Positions 1 through 10,002 of a stretch of DNA of 64,000 nt are shown piece after piece. Positions within the stretch are counted from its first letter, which is position 1; the number at the start of each line of letters is the position of its first letter. Under the pieces are notes generated by a model. That model made no database searches. It had not been told where the DNA came from and was given only the letters and a program-made list of their open reading frames with translations. The position numbers were made by a program, and so were the translations under genes. Origin of the DNA: Nanobdellota archaeon (GTDB lineage Archaea > Nanobdellota > Nanobdellia > Pacearchaeales > GW2011-AR1); the NCBI GenBank assembly GCA_038045705.1, contig JBBSXO010000006.1, positions 32,001 through 96,000 on the forward strand, written 5' to 3'.

Positions 1-344
1 TCATCACCCATCCAGTATCTATAAAGCATTTCAGCATTTACTCCTTTAATCATATAAACTCCATTTTCACGAAACGCGGGAAAAACCCAATCATCTTTTT
101 GCAAAGCAAAGACACTTCCTATCTGACAAGCCTCCTGTCCTCGCATAGGTGCATAAGTTCCGAGCCTTCCCTGCCTCTGTAACTTCAGCGCCTTATCATC
201 GAAAGCGCGAGTCAAAATAAGTGATTTATACATCTCTTTTAATACATCATCAGAAATCTTAGGTTTTAACTTTTCATCACATACAGCATTTTCATCAAGA
301 ATCTGTAAATATTTAACTTCAAAGTTAGCAATCACCTTTTCCAT
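1..344 (-). CDS. pdhA: Pyruvate dehydrogenase E1 alpha subunit (runs off window start)
   Basis: Manual translation from ATG at 344: MEKVIANFEVKYLQILDE...TRAFDDKALKLQRQGRLGTYAPMRGQEACQIG...DDWVFPAFRE, typical 2-oxoacid dehydrogenase E1 alpha N-terminus; not in the ORF track. Confidence 0.85.
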   Translation of the reverse strand, partial: MEKVIANFEVKYLQILDENAVCDEKLKPKISDDVLKEMYKSLILTRAFDDKALKLQRQGRLGTYAPMRGQEACQIGSVFALQKDDWVFPAFRENGVYMIKGVNAEMLYRYWMGD

Positions 345-345
345 T

Positions 346-750
346 TTAGATTATTTTCAACCCCCTAATTTTCTCAAAATCTTTTTTATTATTGGTCTTT
401 AATGAATAGCCTAATTTTAAAGCAATTGCTCCAATAAACATATCTTTGAAATCAATTATGTTACCTTCAGAACTAAGTTTTGCAAGTTGTTGAGCAGCTT
501 CTCGTGCAGTTTCTTTGTCAAGAGTTAAAATAGTTAAATTATCTAATAAATGATTAACAGCTATAATACTATTGTCTGGGTCAGTAGATTTATAAGACCC
601 ATAATATAATTCAAAAATATTAATAGTAGTGGTCGCTAATTGGAAATTATCTTCATTCTCTTCAAACCATTTCAAAGTATTATCTTTTTTTCTTAACAAA
701 TCTACTAGAACATCAGTATCTATACAGAGGGTATCTTCCATCTTTTCCAT
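346..750 (-). CDS. vapC: PIN-domain toxin (VapC family)
   Basis: IDTDVLVD, E, DMFIGAIA and TNNKKDF PIN motifs; overlaps upstream antitoxin; true start may be the ATG at 741. Confidence 0.9.
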   Translation of the reverse strand: MEKMEDTLCIDTDVLVDLLRKKDNTLKWFEENEDNFQLATTTINIFELYYGSYKSTDPDNSIIAVNHLLDNLTILTLDKETAREAAQQLAKLSSEGNIIDFKDMFIGAIALKLGYSLKTNNKKDFEKIRGLKII

Positions 751-971
751 CCTCTTTTAAGTTCATTTCTAATATTTTTCCATTCTTCATCAGTCATTTT
801 CCAACTTCCAGCTAACTCACTCAATTTCATTTTTTTCACATTTTTTGATGCTAAATCATTAATTGCATCATCAAAAGAAGCTTTTTTTCCTTTAATCTTC
901 TGAATTTCAGTGGCTATTTCCAGAAGTTTTCTATAATTATCTTCACTAATCTTTATTGTTTTAGACACCAT
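720..971 (-). CDS. Archaeal VapB-type antitoxin
   Basis: SKTIKISEDNYRKL...SFDDAI...LAGSW pattern; directly upstream of and overlapping the PIN gene. Confidence 0.8.
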   Translation of the reverse strand: MVSKTIKISEDNYRKLLEIATEIQKIKGKKASFDDAINDLASKNVKKMKLSELAGSWKMTDEEWKNIRNELKRGWKRWKIPSV

Positions 972-1017
972 ATTACTACTAAGTAACCAAGTAACTTAGT
1001 GTATTTAAACTTTTCTT

Positions 1018-1281
1018 TTACCCTTTAGCCCACTTCTTCAAATCTTCGTAAGTTCCAGAGCCACAAATAAACTTACCAGTTTTATCATTATAAAAAAAAG
1101 GAACTCCACCACAACGGCCTTTATCCAAATCCTGCAACTTCTTAGCATTTGCACCATTATGCCATGTTTCAACTTGTTCAACTTTCACTTTAAGCTCTTT
1201 CTCAAGTTTTTCAACAAGTGGCATCATCTCATGGCAATGCACACATTCAGTTCCATAAAACATTAACAAAGCCATAGTCAA
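1018..1281 (-). CDS. Thioredoxin/glutaredoxin-like protein
   Basis: CVHC motif and GGVPFF cis-Pro loop. Confidence 0.8.
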   Translation of the reverse strand: MTMALLMFYGTECVHCHEMMPLVEKLEKELKVKVEQVETWHNGANAKKLQDLDKGRCGGVPFFYNDKTGKFICGSGTYEDLKKWAKG

Positions 1282-1361
1282 AACAAACTTAGAGTATATT
1301 TAAATTTTAACTTTTATTTTACAAGATTTGTTAATGGATTTTTCCAAATCTCCAAGTATTT

Positions 1362-1787
1362 CTATTGTTCCCATACTCTTCCACCATAAAAATCTTGTAA
1401 AACTAATTTAGCATCTTGAACTATTTTAGCGCCTTCTTGTCCACCACAATATTCTAATTTACACATAACCCCAGGTTTGCCAGTAGAACGAGAACCCCCA
1501 ATAGCACCAGGCATGCCTTGATGATATGCTTGATAATCCCTTAAATCAATACTTAATTCTTGATTTCTTAGAGTATAAGCTTTGACATAGCCTCCTTTTC
1601 CAACTGCCCAATGAAGGGGAATAGGAACATCTTGAGAAGCTCTAATTGTAATATAAGAAACCACTTGAAGACAATCAGGAGGATCAAAACAAATATTTTT
1701 AGCGCTCATCTTTTCTAACAAATCACTTACAGGTTTAGTTCTGATTAAAATACCACCAGCAACAAAAATCTCATCATTTATTTTCAT
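1362..1787 (-). CDS. Hypothetical protein
   Basis: 141-aa ORF with an upstream TATA-like sequence; no recognised motif. Confidence 0.6.
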   Translation of the reverse strand: MKINDEIFVAGGILIRTKPVSDLLEKMSAKNICFDPPDCLQVVSYITIRASQDVPIPLHWAVGKGGYVKAYTLRNQELSIDLRDYQAYHQGMPGAIGGSRSTGKPGVMCKLEYCGGQEGAKIVQDAKLVLQDFYGGRVWEQ

Positions 1788-1877
1788 CTAATTCACATCT
1801 AAAATTAACTTATAAATATAATTGCTTTGAATAGTATAAAACAATATCTATTTAATCTCTAAAATCTTTCTTTATTT

Positions 1878-2501
1878 ATGAAATCTGAATTGATGGATAT
1901 ACAAAAATCCCATCAGTTAATTAGTAATTTTATAGATATCCCAAAGTCACAGCTTATTCGTTCTATAAAAGAACTAAAAATGAAATCACCTCTAGTTCTA
2001 AAGATTATCTCTCCAGATGCAATTCATAAAACTGAAATAGGAGGAGTTTCAATAGTTCATAGAGATGAAGAAATAGAATCTTCATTTAACGAACTGATTG
2101 AAAATGCTAAAAAACATAGAATTAAATTAAAAGGGATACTTGCACAGGAATATATAGAAGGTCAACAATTAATTATAGGTCTAAAAAAAGATACAACTTT
2201 CAATCATGTTATTTTATTTGGTTTAGGTGGAATATTTACAGAACTATTAAATGATATTTCAATAAGAAAATGTCCAATAACAAAAGAAGAAGCACAAGAC
2301 ATGATAAACGAGTTAAAATCAAGAAAACTTTTCGAAGGTTTCAGAAACATAAAATTAAACATAGAAAAATTAAAAGAAGATCTAGTAGAAATTTCAAAAA
2401 TACCTCAGAAACATAAAAATATCGCTGAGCTAGATATAAATCCTTATGTCTTAAACAACAAAGAAGGTAAAGCCGTAGACGTAAGAATCGTTTTAGGATA
2501 A
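1878..2501 (+). CDS. ADP-forming acetate-CoA ligase beta subunit (ATP-grasp)
   Basis: PLVLKIISPDAIHKTEIGGV, FGLGGIFTE and ELDINP motifs. Confidence 0.85.
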   Translation: MKSELMDIQKSHQLISNFIDIPKSQLIRSIKELKMKSPLVLKIISPDAIHKTEIGGVSIVHRDEEIESSFNELIENAKKHRIKLKGILAQEYIEGQQLIIGLKKDTTFNHVILFGLGGIFTELLNDISIRKCPITKEEAQDMINELKSRKLFEGFRNIKLNIEKLKEDLVEISKIPQKHKNIAELDINPYVLNNKEGKAVDVRIVLG

Positions 2502-2512
2502 ATAAATTCTAG

Positions 2513-2824
2513 TTATTTTCTTTTCTTAAACTTTCTCCAAATCAGTGAAAAAAGAAGAGACAATAAAACGAATTCCACAATGGTAATAATAATCATAATC
2601 AAAAGAGCAAAAAAAGTTTTTGGTCCAAACCCATCACTTTCTCCAAATACAAACAAGATAAAACTTTGAGGAGCCACTGGCAAGAAAAATATTGAAATAG
2701 CATCACATATCTCGCCCTTATAAATATAATGTGCCGGGTTCCATTGACACTTCAACATTCCCACAATCGCTATAACTGAAAACAAAACTCCTATAATCAG
2801 ACCTACAACTATCTCTTTTCTCAT
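2513..2824 (-). CDS. Small membrane protein
   Basis: Hydrophobic segments and a basic C-terminus. Confidence 0.6.
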   Translation of the reverse strand: MRKEIVVGLIIGVLFSVIAIVGMLKCQWNPAHYIYKGEICDAISIFFLPVAPQSFILFVFGESDGFGPKTFFALLIMIIITIVEFVLLSLLFSLIWRKFKKRK

Positions 2825-2829
2825 CTAAA

Positions 2830-3651
2830 TTAAATTTTAACTTTAGAAACAGGAACAAGATCTTTCCATGTATTTTCAACCATTTGGTTCATAGACTTAG
2901 CAAAATAATCGCTTGACAACCAAACTCCGAAGTCATAATTTGGATGAACCGTCTTATCATCAAGCAACAAAAGCATTATTTGCTCATTGTCAATAATGGC
3001 AAATCTACCATGGGGTTTATCAAGATGCCTCATATCAGCTATCTTCGAAAGCTCACGGGCAAATTTAACATTTTCAGCATTTATTGGAGCAGCTATCTTC
3101 AAAGCAACCCCTCTCTTCTTAGCTTTTTCAAGACTAGGCATAAGTGACTCGAACTTTCTATTTAGACCCTCAGAAGTTGTAATAATGACTGCATTCTTTT
3201 TAGCATTTCTCAGCATCATATCCATATGACTGTAAATATTTTGTCTGCCCTTCAAACTTCCAGATAAATCTGAAGGTTCTACATATTTAACACCATTCTC
3301 ATACAAAGAAGCAAGTTCATTCAAAACATCTCCACCTTTTATTTCTTCAAGGTATTTCGTTTTTTCCTGGGCAATATTCAACATATGTTTCTTCACTCTA
3401 TCAACAACTTCATCTGGCTTAAGAGCTAAGAACTTAATCGGCTTTCCAAGTTTCATTACAACAAAGCCCTTCTTTTCCAAAGACTCAAGAATATCATAAG
3501 TTCTACTTCTAGGAACATCAGAGATAGTGCTTAACTCTCCAGCAGTCGAAACACCTCTAGAAAGCAAAGAAGTCCAGACCTTCACCTCATACAAGTTAAG
3601 GTCAAAGATCTTACGAAGTCTGCTTAAAAATTCCGCGTTTACAATCATCAA
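2830..3651 (-). CDS. TrmB family transcriptional regulator
   Basis: LNLYEVKVW...VPRSRTYDILESLEKKGFV helix-turn-helix; C-terminal PLD-like effector domain. Confidence 0.9.
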   Translation of the reverse strand: MMIVNAEFLSRLRKIFDLNLYEVKVWTSLLSRGVSTAGELSTISDVPRSRTYDILESLEKKGFVVMKLGKPIKFLALKPDEVVDRVKKHMLNIAQEKTKYLEEIKGGDVLNELASLYENGVKYVEPSDLSGSLKGRQNIYSHMDMMLRNAKKNAVIITTSEGLNRKFESLMPSLEKAKKRGVALKIAAPINAENVKFARELSKIADMRHLDKPHGRFAIIDNEQIMLLLLDDKTVHPNYDFGVWLSSDYFAKSMNQMVENTWKDLVPVSKVKI

Positions 3652-3698
3652 ACAAAACAGAGCTCGCGACTATTTAAATCTTTTCAGAAATTTACTCT

Positions 3699-6479
3699 TT
3701 AAAATTTAAATCCAATTTCTTCGTCTTTAACTTTCAAAAAAGTCCATTTTATATTTTTATCGTCGGAAAAATATAGCTTGTTGGCACCAACCCTTTTAGA
3801 TATAAAATCAACATAAGGACTCAAAGAGACCTTCATTTTATTACTAAGGTACAACTCAAGAGTAATTCTTTCCTCTTTCTTCATATTTCTTTCCTTTCGC
3901 ACAGATTGTATTTTTCTGGCAATTTCACGCGCAAAGCCTTCGGCTTCAAGTTCAGGAGTAATATTTAAGTCCAGTGTAATTATTTCTTGATCTCCTTTTT
4001 CAAATTCTAGTGTTTTAAGATTGAGCTGCTTGAGAATAAGCTCATTTAATTCTTCATTTAATTTCATTTTAGTCTTTATTATGGCACCTCCTAGAGGCCA
4101 TCTTAGTCCAATTTTAGCTTTATCCCTTTCAGCAAGTCCCTTTTCAATTAATTTGAGTGCATAAGTAAATTCACTCTCCAATTCAATTTTTATTTTCTTT
4201 TTATCTCCTTGTGGCCACACTGAAAAATGAACAGATTTATCTTGGAAATCAGAATAGATTACTTCAGAAATATTTGGCGCATAAGGAGCAAGCATTCTAA
4301 CAATATTCTCTATTATTTCAGAAATAATCTCTTTGACTCCTTTGTCTTCTCTGTCTCTTATAATTTTAATATAAGTTTTAGAGAAATCATCAACTATAAA
4401 TTCCATTAATGGATTTAATGCTCTTTCAATTTGATAATTCTCTAAATTAGTTGTTACTGTATCAATTGTAGAATTTAATCTAGAAATAATCCATTTATCT
4501 TCTATTCTATATTTTGTTTTTTTTGTATTATTCAGTTCTTTATAGAATTGATGAAGATTCAGTAGAGTATTCATGAAAGGCATAATTTCTTTCTTTACAG
4601 TTTCAATTCCGAATTTCTTGGAGTTCCCTATTTCAACAGTACAGAACTGTAATCTTGTTGCGTCAACTCCCAACGTATCAAGAACCATGTCGTGATCTAA
4701 TATATTTCCTTTACTCTTACTCATTTTTTCTCCTTTTTCATCGACAATATGTCCTGCACAAATAACATTTCTGTAAGCTACATCATCAAATAATACCGTT
4801 GCAATAACATGTAATGTGTAAAACCATCCTCTTGTTTGATCAATTGCTTCAGTAATGAAATCATAAGGGAATCTCTTTGCAAATTTGTCTTTGTTTTCAA
4901 ATGGATAGTGAAATTGAGCAAAACTTGCGCACCCAGAATCGTACCAACAGTCAATTACATCTGACACTCTTCTCATTTCTTTCTTGCATTTTTTACATGT
5001 GAATGTTATATCATCTATCCAAGGTTTGTGTAAGTCTATTTCTTTGTCTGTTATTTTTTTATTAGATTTATTTTTTAATTCTTCAATACCTCCAATTATT
5101 TCTTCTTCACCGCAAGAACATCTCCATATTGGCAAAGGAGTTCCCCAGAATTTCTTTCTTGATAATGCCCAGTCTTTTACATTCTTTAGCCACTCGCCAA
5201 ATCTTCCTTCTTTTATGTGTTTAGGAGTCCAATTTATTTTTTTATTTAGTTCTATTAATTTATCTTTGTATTTTGTGACGCGAATAAACCATGATTTGAT
5301 TGCATAATACATTAATGGAGTATCACATCTCCAACAGAAAGGATATTCATGTTCATATCTTATTTTCTTGAATAGTTTGCCTTCTGTTTTCAGTCTGATT
5401 ATTATGGGTAAATTTGCGTCTTTGATGAATATATCTTTGTAGTCAGCTACTTCGTGAGTAAATTTACCATTTTCATCGATAGGTTGTACAAATGGTAATT
5501 TCTCTTTTTTGCAAACTTCATAGTCCACTTCTCCAAAAGCAGGAGCCATGTGTACTAAACCAGTTCCATCAGTTTCAGTAACAAAATCTCCAGAAATTAC
5601 TCTAAATGCATCTAAATCCTTAAAGTAAGGGAATAGTGGTTCATATTTCATGTCAACAAGCTTACTTCCCTTCACTGTTTTGACTATTTTTGCTTCAGGG
5701 AAGTGAGTTTTAGTAAGTTCTTTTGCAATTACTAGTGTCTGTCCTGTTTCTTTATCATGAACATAATTATAATCTATTTCAGAGTTAACTGCAATACCCA
5801 CATTAGAAGGCAATGTCCAAGGAGTTGTTGTAAATACTAAGAAATATTCGTCTTTTTTATCTTTTACTTTGAACTTTACTATTATTGAATCATCTTTTAC
5901 ATTTTTGTAGCCTTGAGCAACTTCGTGACTTGATAGGGGAGTTTGACATCTTGGACAAAAAGGAACTACTTTATGAGATTCATACAAATCTTTTTTATTA
6001 TATAATTGTTTAAGTGACCACCATACACTTTCTATATAATTGTTGTCAAGAGTTTCGTAAGGTTCTTCCAAGTTGGTTTCGTAATCAAGTCTTGCAGTAG
6101 ATTTATTCCATGATTCTATATATGAAAATACACTTTTCTTACATTCATTTATGAAATTTGCTTCTCCAAAAGTCAGAATTTCCTTTTTGCTATTTAATTT
6201 AAGCTTTTTTTCTATTTGTACTTCAACAGGCAGTCCATGGCAATCCCATCCAGCTTTTCTAGGAACATTAAAGCCTTGCATATATCTGAATTTATTAATT
6301 ATGTCTTTGTAGGTTCTAACTTCAAGATGGTGTAATGCAGGAGGAGCGTTGGCAGTAGGAGGACCTTCTAAAAAACTGAATAACTTCTTTCTTTTAGGGT
6401 CATCTGCTACTCTTTTTGCAATATCCTTTTTAGTCAATATTTCAGAAGCCTTTCTTTCAATTTCCTTAAAATCGTACAT
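3699..6479 (-). CDS. ileS: Isoleucine--tRNA ligase (IleRS2 type, ALHH signature)
   Basis: EGPPTAN, GWDCHGLP, TTTPWTLPSN, GTGLVHMAP, DQTRGWFY and KMSKS motifs. Confidence 0.97.
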   Translation of the reverse strand: MYDFKEIERKASEILTKKDIAKRVADDPKRKKLFSFLEGPPTANAPPALHHLEVRTYKDIINKFRYMQGFNVPRKAGWDCHGLPVEVQIEKKLKLNSKKEILTFGEANFINECKKSVFSYIESWNKSTARLDYETNLEEPYETLDNNYIESVWWSLKQLYNKKDLYESHKVVPFCPRCQTPLSSHEVAQGYKNVKDDSIIVKFKVKDKKDEYFLVFTTTPWTLPSNVGIAVNSEIDYNYVHDKETGQTLVIAKELTKTHFPEAKIVKTVKGSKLVDMKYEPLFPYFKDLDAFRVISGDFVTETDGTGLVHMAPAFGEVDYEVCKKEKLPFVQPIDENGKFTHEVADYKDIFIKDANLPIIIRLKTEGKLFKKIRYEHEYPFCWRCDTPLMYYAIKSWFIRVTKYKDKLIELNKKINWTPKHIKEGRFGEWLKNVKDWALSRKKFWGTPLPIWRCSCGEEEIIGGIEELKNKSNKKITDKEIDLHKPWIDDITFTCKKCKKEMRRVSDVIDCWYDSGCASFAQFHYPFENKDKFAKRFPYDFITEAIDQTRGWFYTLHVIATVLFDDVAYRNVICAGHIVDEKGEKMSKSKGNILDHDMVLDTLGVDATRLQFCTVEIGNSKKFGIETVKKEIMPFMNTLLNLHQFYKELNNTKKTKYRIEDKWIISRLNSTIDTVTTNLENYQIERALNPLMEFIVDDFSKTYIKIIRDREDKGVKEIISEIIENIVRMLAPYAPNISEVIYSDFQDKSVHFSVWPQGDKKKIKIELESEFTYALKLIEKGLAERDKAKIGLRWPLGGAIIKTKMKLNEELNELILKQLNLKTLEFEKGDQEIITLDLNITPELEAEGFAREIARKIQSVRKERNMKKEERITLELYLSNKMKVSLSPYVDFISKRVGANKLYFSDDKNIKWTFLKVKDEEIGFKF

Positions 6480-6519
6480 TCTAATTTAATGGCTCTATTT
6501 GAGCTTTTATAGTTTACTT

Positions 6520-6771
6520 TTACCTATTCCTCTCAACAGCCCATCTTTTATCATATCTCTTCAAAACACTAACATAAGAAACAATACAAATGAACCCTAA
6601 GCTTAAAGTAATAATTTCATCATAAAATGAAAATATCATTGTTAAAACAAAAGATAATTCACAGAGTATTTTTATGTAGGCAAATCCGTCTATCAGCTCA
6701 TCATGGGCAAGTTTAGCAATAACAAAGCCAGTCGGTATTGCTAAAATCAGGATCAAAAAATAAAACAACAT
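6520..6771 (-). CDS. Small membrane protein
   Basis: Hydrophobic 83-aa ORF coupled to the CBS gene. Confidence 0.65.
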   Translation of the reverse strand: MLFYFLILILAIPTGFVIAKLAHDELIDGFAYIKILCELSFVLTMIFSFYDEIITLSLGFICIVSYVSVLKRYDKRWAVERNR

Positions 6772-7160
6772 CAGTCAATCAAAAAGTCATCACTATCCCA
6801 GACTTTTAGTAAATCTTTAGAATCAAGTATTCCAACAAGTTTTCCTCTTAAATCTACGACAGGGAATATTCCTACTTCCTTTTCTCTAACTAACTCGATA
6901 GCTTTTTGTATTTTATCGCTGTCTTTTATAGTTATAACATTTTTAGTCATCACTTCAGAAACTTTCTTTGATTGTCCAAAATATTTTATCAAATCATGAT
7001 GTGTTATTATTCCAACAATCTTACTGTCTTTTTCGACAATCAAACTATTTATAGAATACTTAGTCATAATTTTAGCAGCTTCAGATAATGTAACATCTCT
7101 TTCAGTAACAACTGGCTTCTTCATTAAGTCTTTGATTTTCATTTTATATGACCTTAGCAC
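6771..7160 (-). CDS. CBS domain protein
   Basis: Two CBS repeats (IVGIIT, LVGILD); likely start at the ATG at 7142. Confidence 0.9.
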   Translation of the reverse strand: MLRSYKMKIKDLMKKPVVTERDVTLSEAAKIMTKYSINSLIVEKDSKIVGIITHHDLIKYFGQSKKVSEVMTKNVITIKDSDKIQKAIELVREKEVGIFPVVDLRGKLVGILDSKDLLKVWDSDDFLID

Positions 7161-7683
7161 TTATTATAATAACTTCTTCTAAAGGTCTATCCTCAGAATC
7201 AGTCTCAACACCAGCTATTGAATCTACAACTTCCAGACCTTCAATGACTTTCCCAAATACAGGGTGCTTTCCATCTAGAAAATTATTATCTGCTAAATTA
7301 ATAAAAAATTGACTTCCACCAGTATTAGGACCAGCGTTAGCCATTGAGATAGTTCCTCTATCATTCCTATCAAGATTAGTCCCAGTAAACTCATCTTTTA
7401 TTTTATATCCTGGTCCACCCATCCCAGTCCCTGTTGGATCCCCTCCTTGTATCATGAAACCACTAATAACTCTATGAAAAATTATTCCATCATAAAATCC
7501 TTGCTCAACAAGTTTAACAAAATTACCAGCAGTGATTGGCATTTCACCAGTATAAATTTCAAGAACAATAGTCCCTTTATTAGTTTCAAGTGCTACTTTA
7601 GTGTGTTTAGATACCATGAGATTAAATGCAATAACTACAACTATAATTAAAATCACCCCTATTAAAATCTTTTTCTTATACAT
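7144..7683 (-). CDS. Cyclophilin-type peptidyl-prolyl isomerase with N-terminal membrane anchor
   Basis: FHRVISGFMIQGGDP, SMANAGPNTGGSQFFI and LDGKHPVFG motifs. Confidence 0.95.
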   Translation of the reverse strand: MYKKKILIGVILIIVVVIAFNLMVSKHTKVALETNKGTIVLEIYTGEMPITAGNFVKLVEQGFYDGIIFHRVISGFMIQGGDPTGTGMGGPGYKIKDEFTGTNLDRNDRGTISMANAGPNTGGSQFFINLADNNFLDGKHPVFGKVIEGLEVVDSIAGVETDSEDRPLEEVIIISAKVI

Positions 7684-7714
7684 AACCTAAAGAAAGATTG
7701 TCGATTAATAAACC

Positions 7715-8407
7715 TTATTTCCTTGCAATTTTCCAAAGAATCTCAAAATATTTCTTATATCCAGAGGCAAACTCTTCCTGTTGAACCACTAAAGCAAAAG
7801 GATTCTTACCCCATAAAATCATAGCAACATTAATTCCATAAATATTAATTACCATATGACTTGAATATTTTTCAGCAAGATATCTAGTTTCAGCAAGTAT
7901 TTTTGGGCTAATACTTTTATCACTTGTAATTACCCTTATTTTTACTCTTTTTTCTTTTCTACGTTCATTAAACCATTTAAAGTAGTAAGGCATTGCATTA
8001 TAAGCATCTCTAGTTGCTCCAAGTATCAATATTTCAGGATATTCAAGTTGACTTTCAAAAACCATCTTCATTCCATTTTTTCCCTTATAAAAATTAGTCT
8101 GTTCTTTCTTTTTAGAAGTGTTAAATTTTTGTTTTAAACTTTCAACCAAAGGAGTAAGCATATTCTTTTTTTCATCGATAACATCAAGAATTCTTTGTGG
8201 GTTAACAGCCGTGAAAACTCTTCTATTGTTCTCAATAATATAACTAATAAGTCCTTTTTGAATAAGAGTTTCAGTCACATCATAAACAGTTCTTCTATGG
8301 AGTCCAGTTTTTCTGGAGATCTTTCCAGCAAGAGATGACCCTAAGTCAACTAGAGAAGTATAAACTTTTTGTTCATTATCTGTTAATCCAGCTTCTTTCA
8401 AATCCAT
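7715..8407 (-). CDS. TrmB family transcriptional regulator
   Basis: GLTDNEQKVY...GLHRRTVYD helix-turn-helix; YKGKNG linker. Confidence 0.85.
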   Translation of the reverse strand: MDLKEAGLTDNEQKVYTSLVDLGSSLAGKISRKTGLHRRTVYDVTETLIQKGLISYIIENNRRVFTAVNPQRILDVIDEKKNMLTPLVESLKQKFNTSKKKEQTNFYKGKNGMKMVFESQLEYPEILILGATRDAYNAMPYYFKWFNERRKEKRVKIRVITSDKSISPKILAETRYLAEKYSSHMVINIYGINVAMILWGKNPFALVVQQEEFASGYKKYFEILWKIARK

Positions 8408-8526
8408 AGATATTCAAATATTTTAGTATTTTTAACTATTTCTAGTGTGGTGTATAGGCTCACCTCATAAATTCATTATCAGTTTTTCCCAATAATTTTT
8501 AAGAAATGTAAGGAGGAAAAAACAAA

Positions 8527-8994
8527 ATGAACACAGAAACAAAATTGCTAGAACTGATAGCAATGGATAGGATTGAAATTCCAATCTCAAGCATGTCTGG
8601 AAAACTCAAAAGGCAGAAACCTAAAATTGCAGAAGAAGTAGATTTGCAAGGAAAGTTAATCTACCAAGGTGAAAGATGCTATGCCAGAATTGAGTCAGAA
8701 GATCTTGAAAAAGCTAGAGGTATGCGAGAAGGAATAAATGAGTTTGCAAAACTACATCCAAAGTATGGAACAATTTTAAGTGGTTTAATAGAACAGAAAA
8801 GAGTAGAAAGAGAAACTCATATGTATTTTGGAATGAATGATGGTTGTAAATTATCGGATAGAGATTATGTTGGAGTAATGCAAAGTTTAGGTTTTACAGA
8901 AACAACTGCAAGAAATCTTTATCCGGAGCTAATGCAAGTAAGCAGAAACTTATCAAAAAAACGCGATGAAGAGCGTAGAATCCTGATAGGATAA
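8527..8994 (+). CDS. Hypothetical protein
   Basis: 155-aa ORF preceded by an AGGAGG Shine-Dalgarno; divergent from the TrmB gene. Confidence 0.75.
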   Translation: MNTETKLLELIAMDRIEIPISSMSGKLKRQKPKIAEEVDLQGKLIYQGERCYARIESEDLEKARGMREGINEFAKLHPKYGTILSGLIEQKRVERETHMYFGMNDGCKLSDRDYVGVMQSLGFTETTARNLYPELMQVSRNLSKKRDEERRILIG

Positions 8995-9013
8995 TCAAAA
9001 TAGTCTTTATTCT

Positions 9014-9490
9014 TTATTTTTTCAATTCTGCATAACTAAACAATACATTAAATGCATCACACCAAATAAGAACAGTATCGTACTTTTCTAAATCAACATC
9101 ATTTAGAATTTCATAATTGACGTTTCCTTTAGTTGCTTTTATTTTTCCTAAATTAACAAAATCATCTGAATTAACATCGGTAGCTAAATAAATAAACAAG
9201 TCTGGACCATTCACAGTTTCTAAATTCTCAAATCTTAATATTTTTCTACCATTATCATCATAAACTGCAACTCTCCCAGAAACATCATGTGCAGAAGGAA
9301 CTAATTCTCCAGATAATATTTCCACAACAGATCCAACTTTAGTACCCATCGGACTTCCCATTACATAATTAACCATTGGTAAAATATCATTAGATTCTTT
9401 TATAATAAACAAAGGTGATATCAGATAATAAGCAACAGAAAAAAAGATAATTGCTATTACAATCATTATCTTCTTTTTTATATATTGCAT
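9014..9490 (-). CDS. DM13 domain protein
   Basis: HDVSG, NGPDLFIYL and IWCDAFNVLF motifs; N-terminal anchor. Confidence 0.9.
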   Translation of the reverse strand: MQYIKKKIMIVIAIIFFSVAYYLISPLFIIKESNDILPMVNYVMGSPMGTKVGSVVEILSGELVPSAHDVSGRVAVYDDNGRKILRFENLETVNGPDLFIYLATDVNSDDFVNLGKIKATKGNVNYEILNDVDLEKYDTVLIWCDAFNVLFSYAELKK

Positions 9491-9987
9491 GATGCTTGAC
9501 CTCTTTTCATAAGATAATTCTGATGATAATCCTCAGCATTTATATAAGTAGAAGCTTCTTCAATAACTGTAGCAATAGCACGAGAATGTTTATTTTGTTC
9601 TTTTCTTAGAGATTCTTGTGCTTGTCTTTTTTGATTGTTATCAAAATAAAAAATTACAGACCTATATTGATACCCTACATCAGGACCTTGCCTATTCATG
9701 TGAGTTGGATCATGAATCTCCCAGAATATTTCTAAGAGTTTATTGTAAGTTATTTGTTTTGGATCAAATGTTATTCTAACAACTTCAGCATGTCCGCTTT
9801 TTCCTTGACAAACTTCTTCATAAGTTTTTACATTTTTATCTCCACCAGCGTATCCAACTTCAGTATTAACAACTCCAGGTAACTTTCTAAACGATTCCTC
9901 AACACCCCAAAAACATCCAGCCCCAAACATAGCTAATTTTAATTCGTTTTTAGCTTTACTCTCTTTTTTTACAATTGCTTTTTTCAT
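9478..9987 (-). CDS. msrA: Peptide-methionine (S)-S-oxide reductase
   Basis: GCFWG and AEDYHQNYL motifs. Confidence 0.95.
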   Translation of the reverse strand: MKKAIVKKESKAKNELKLAMFGAGCFWGVEESFRKLPGVVNTEVGYAGGDKNVKTYEEVCQGKSGHAEVVRITFDPKQITYNKLLEIFWEIHDPTHMNRQGPDVGYQYRSVIFYFDNNQKRQAQESLRKEQNKHSRAIATVIEEASTYINAEDYHQNYLMKRGQASCNI

Positions 9988-10002
9988 TTTATTTGAACTA
10001 AT

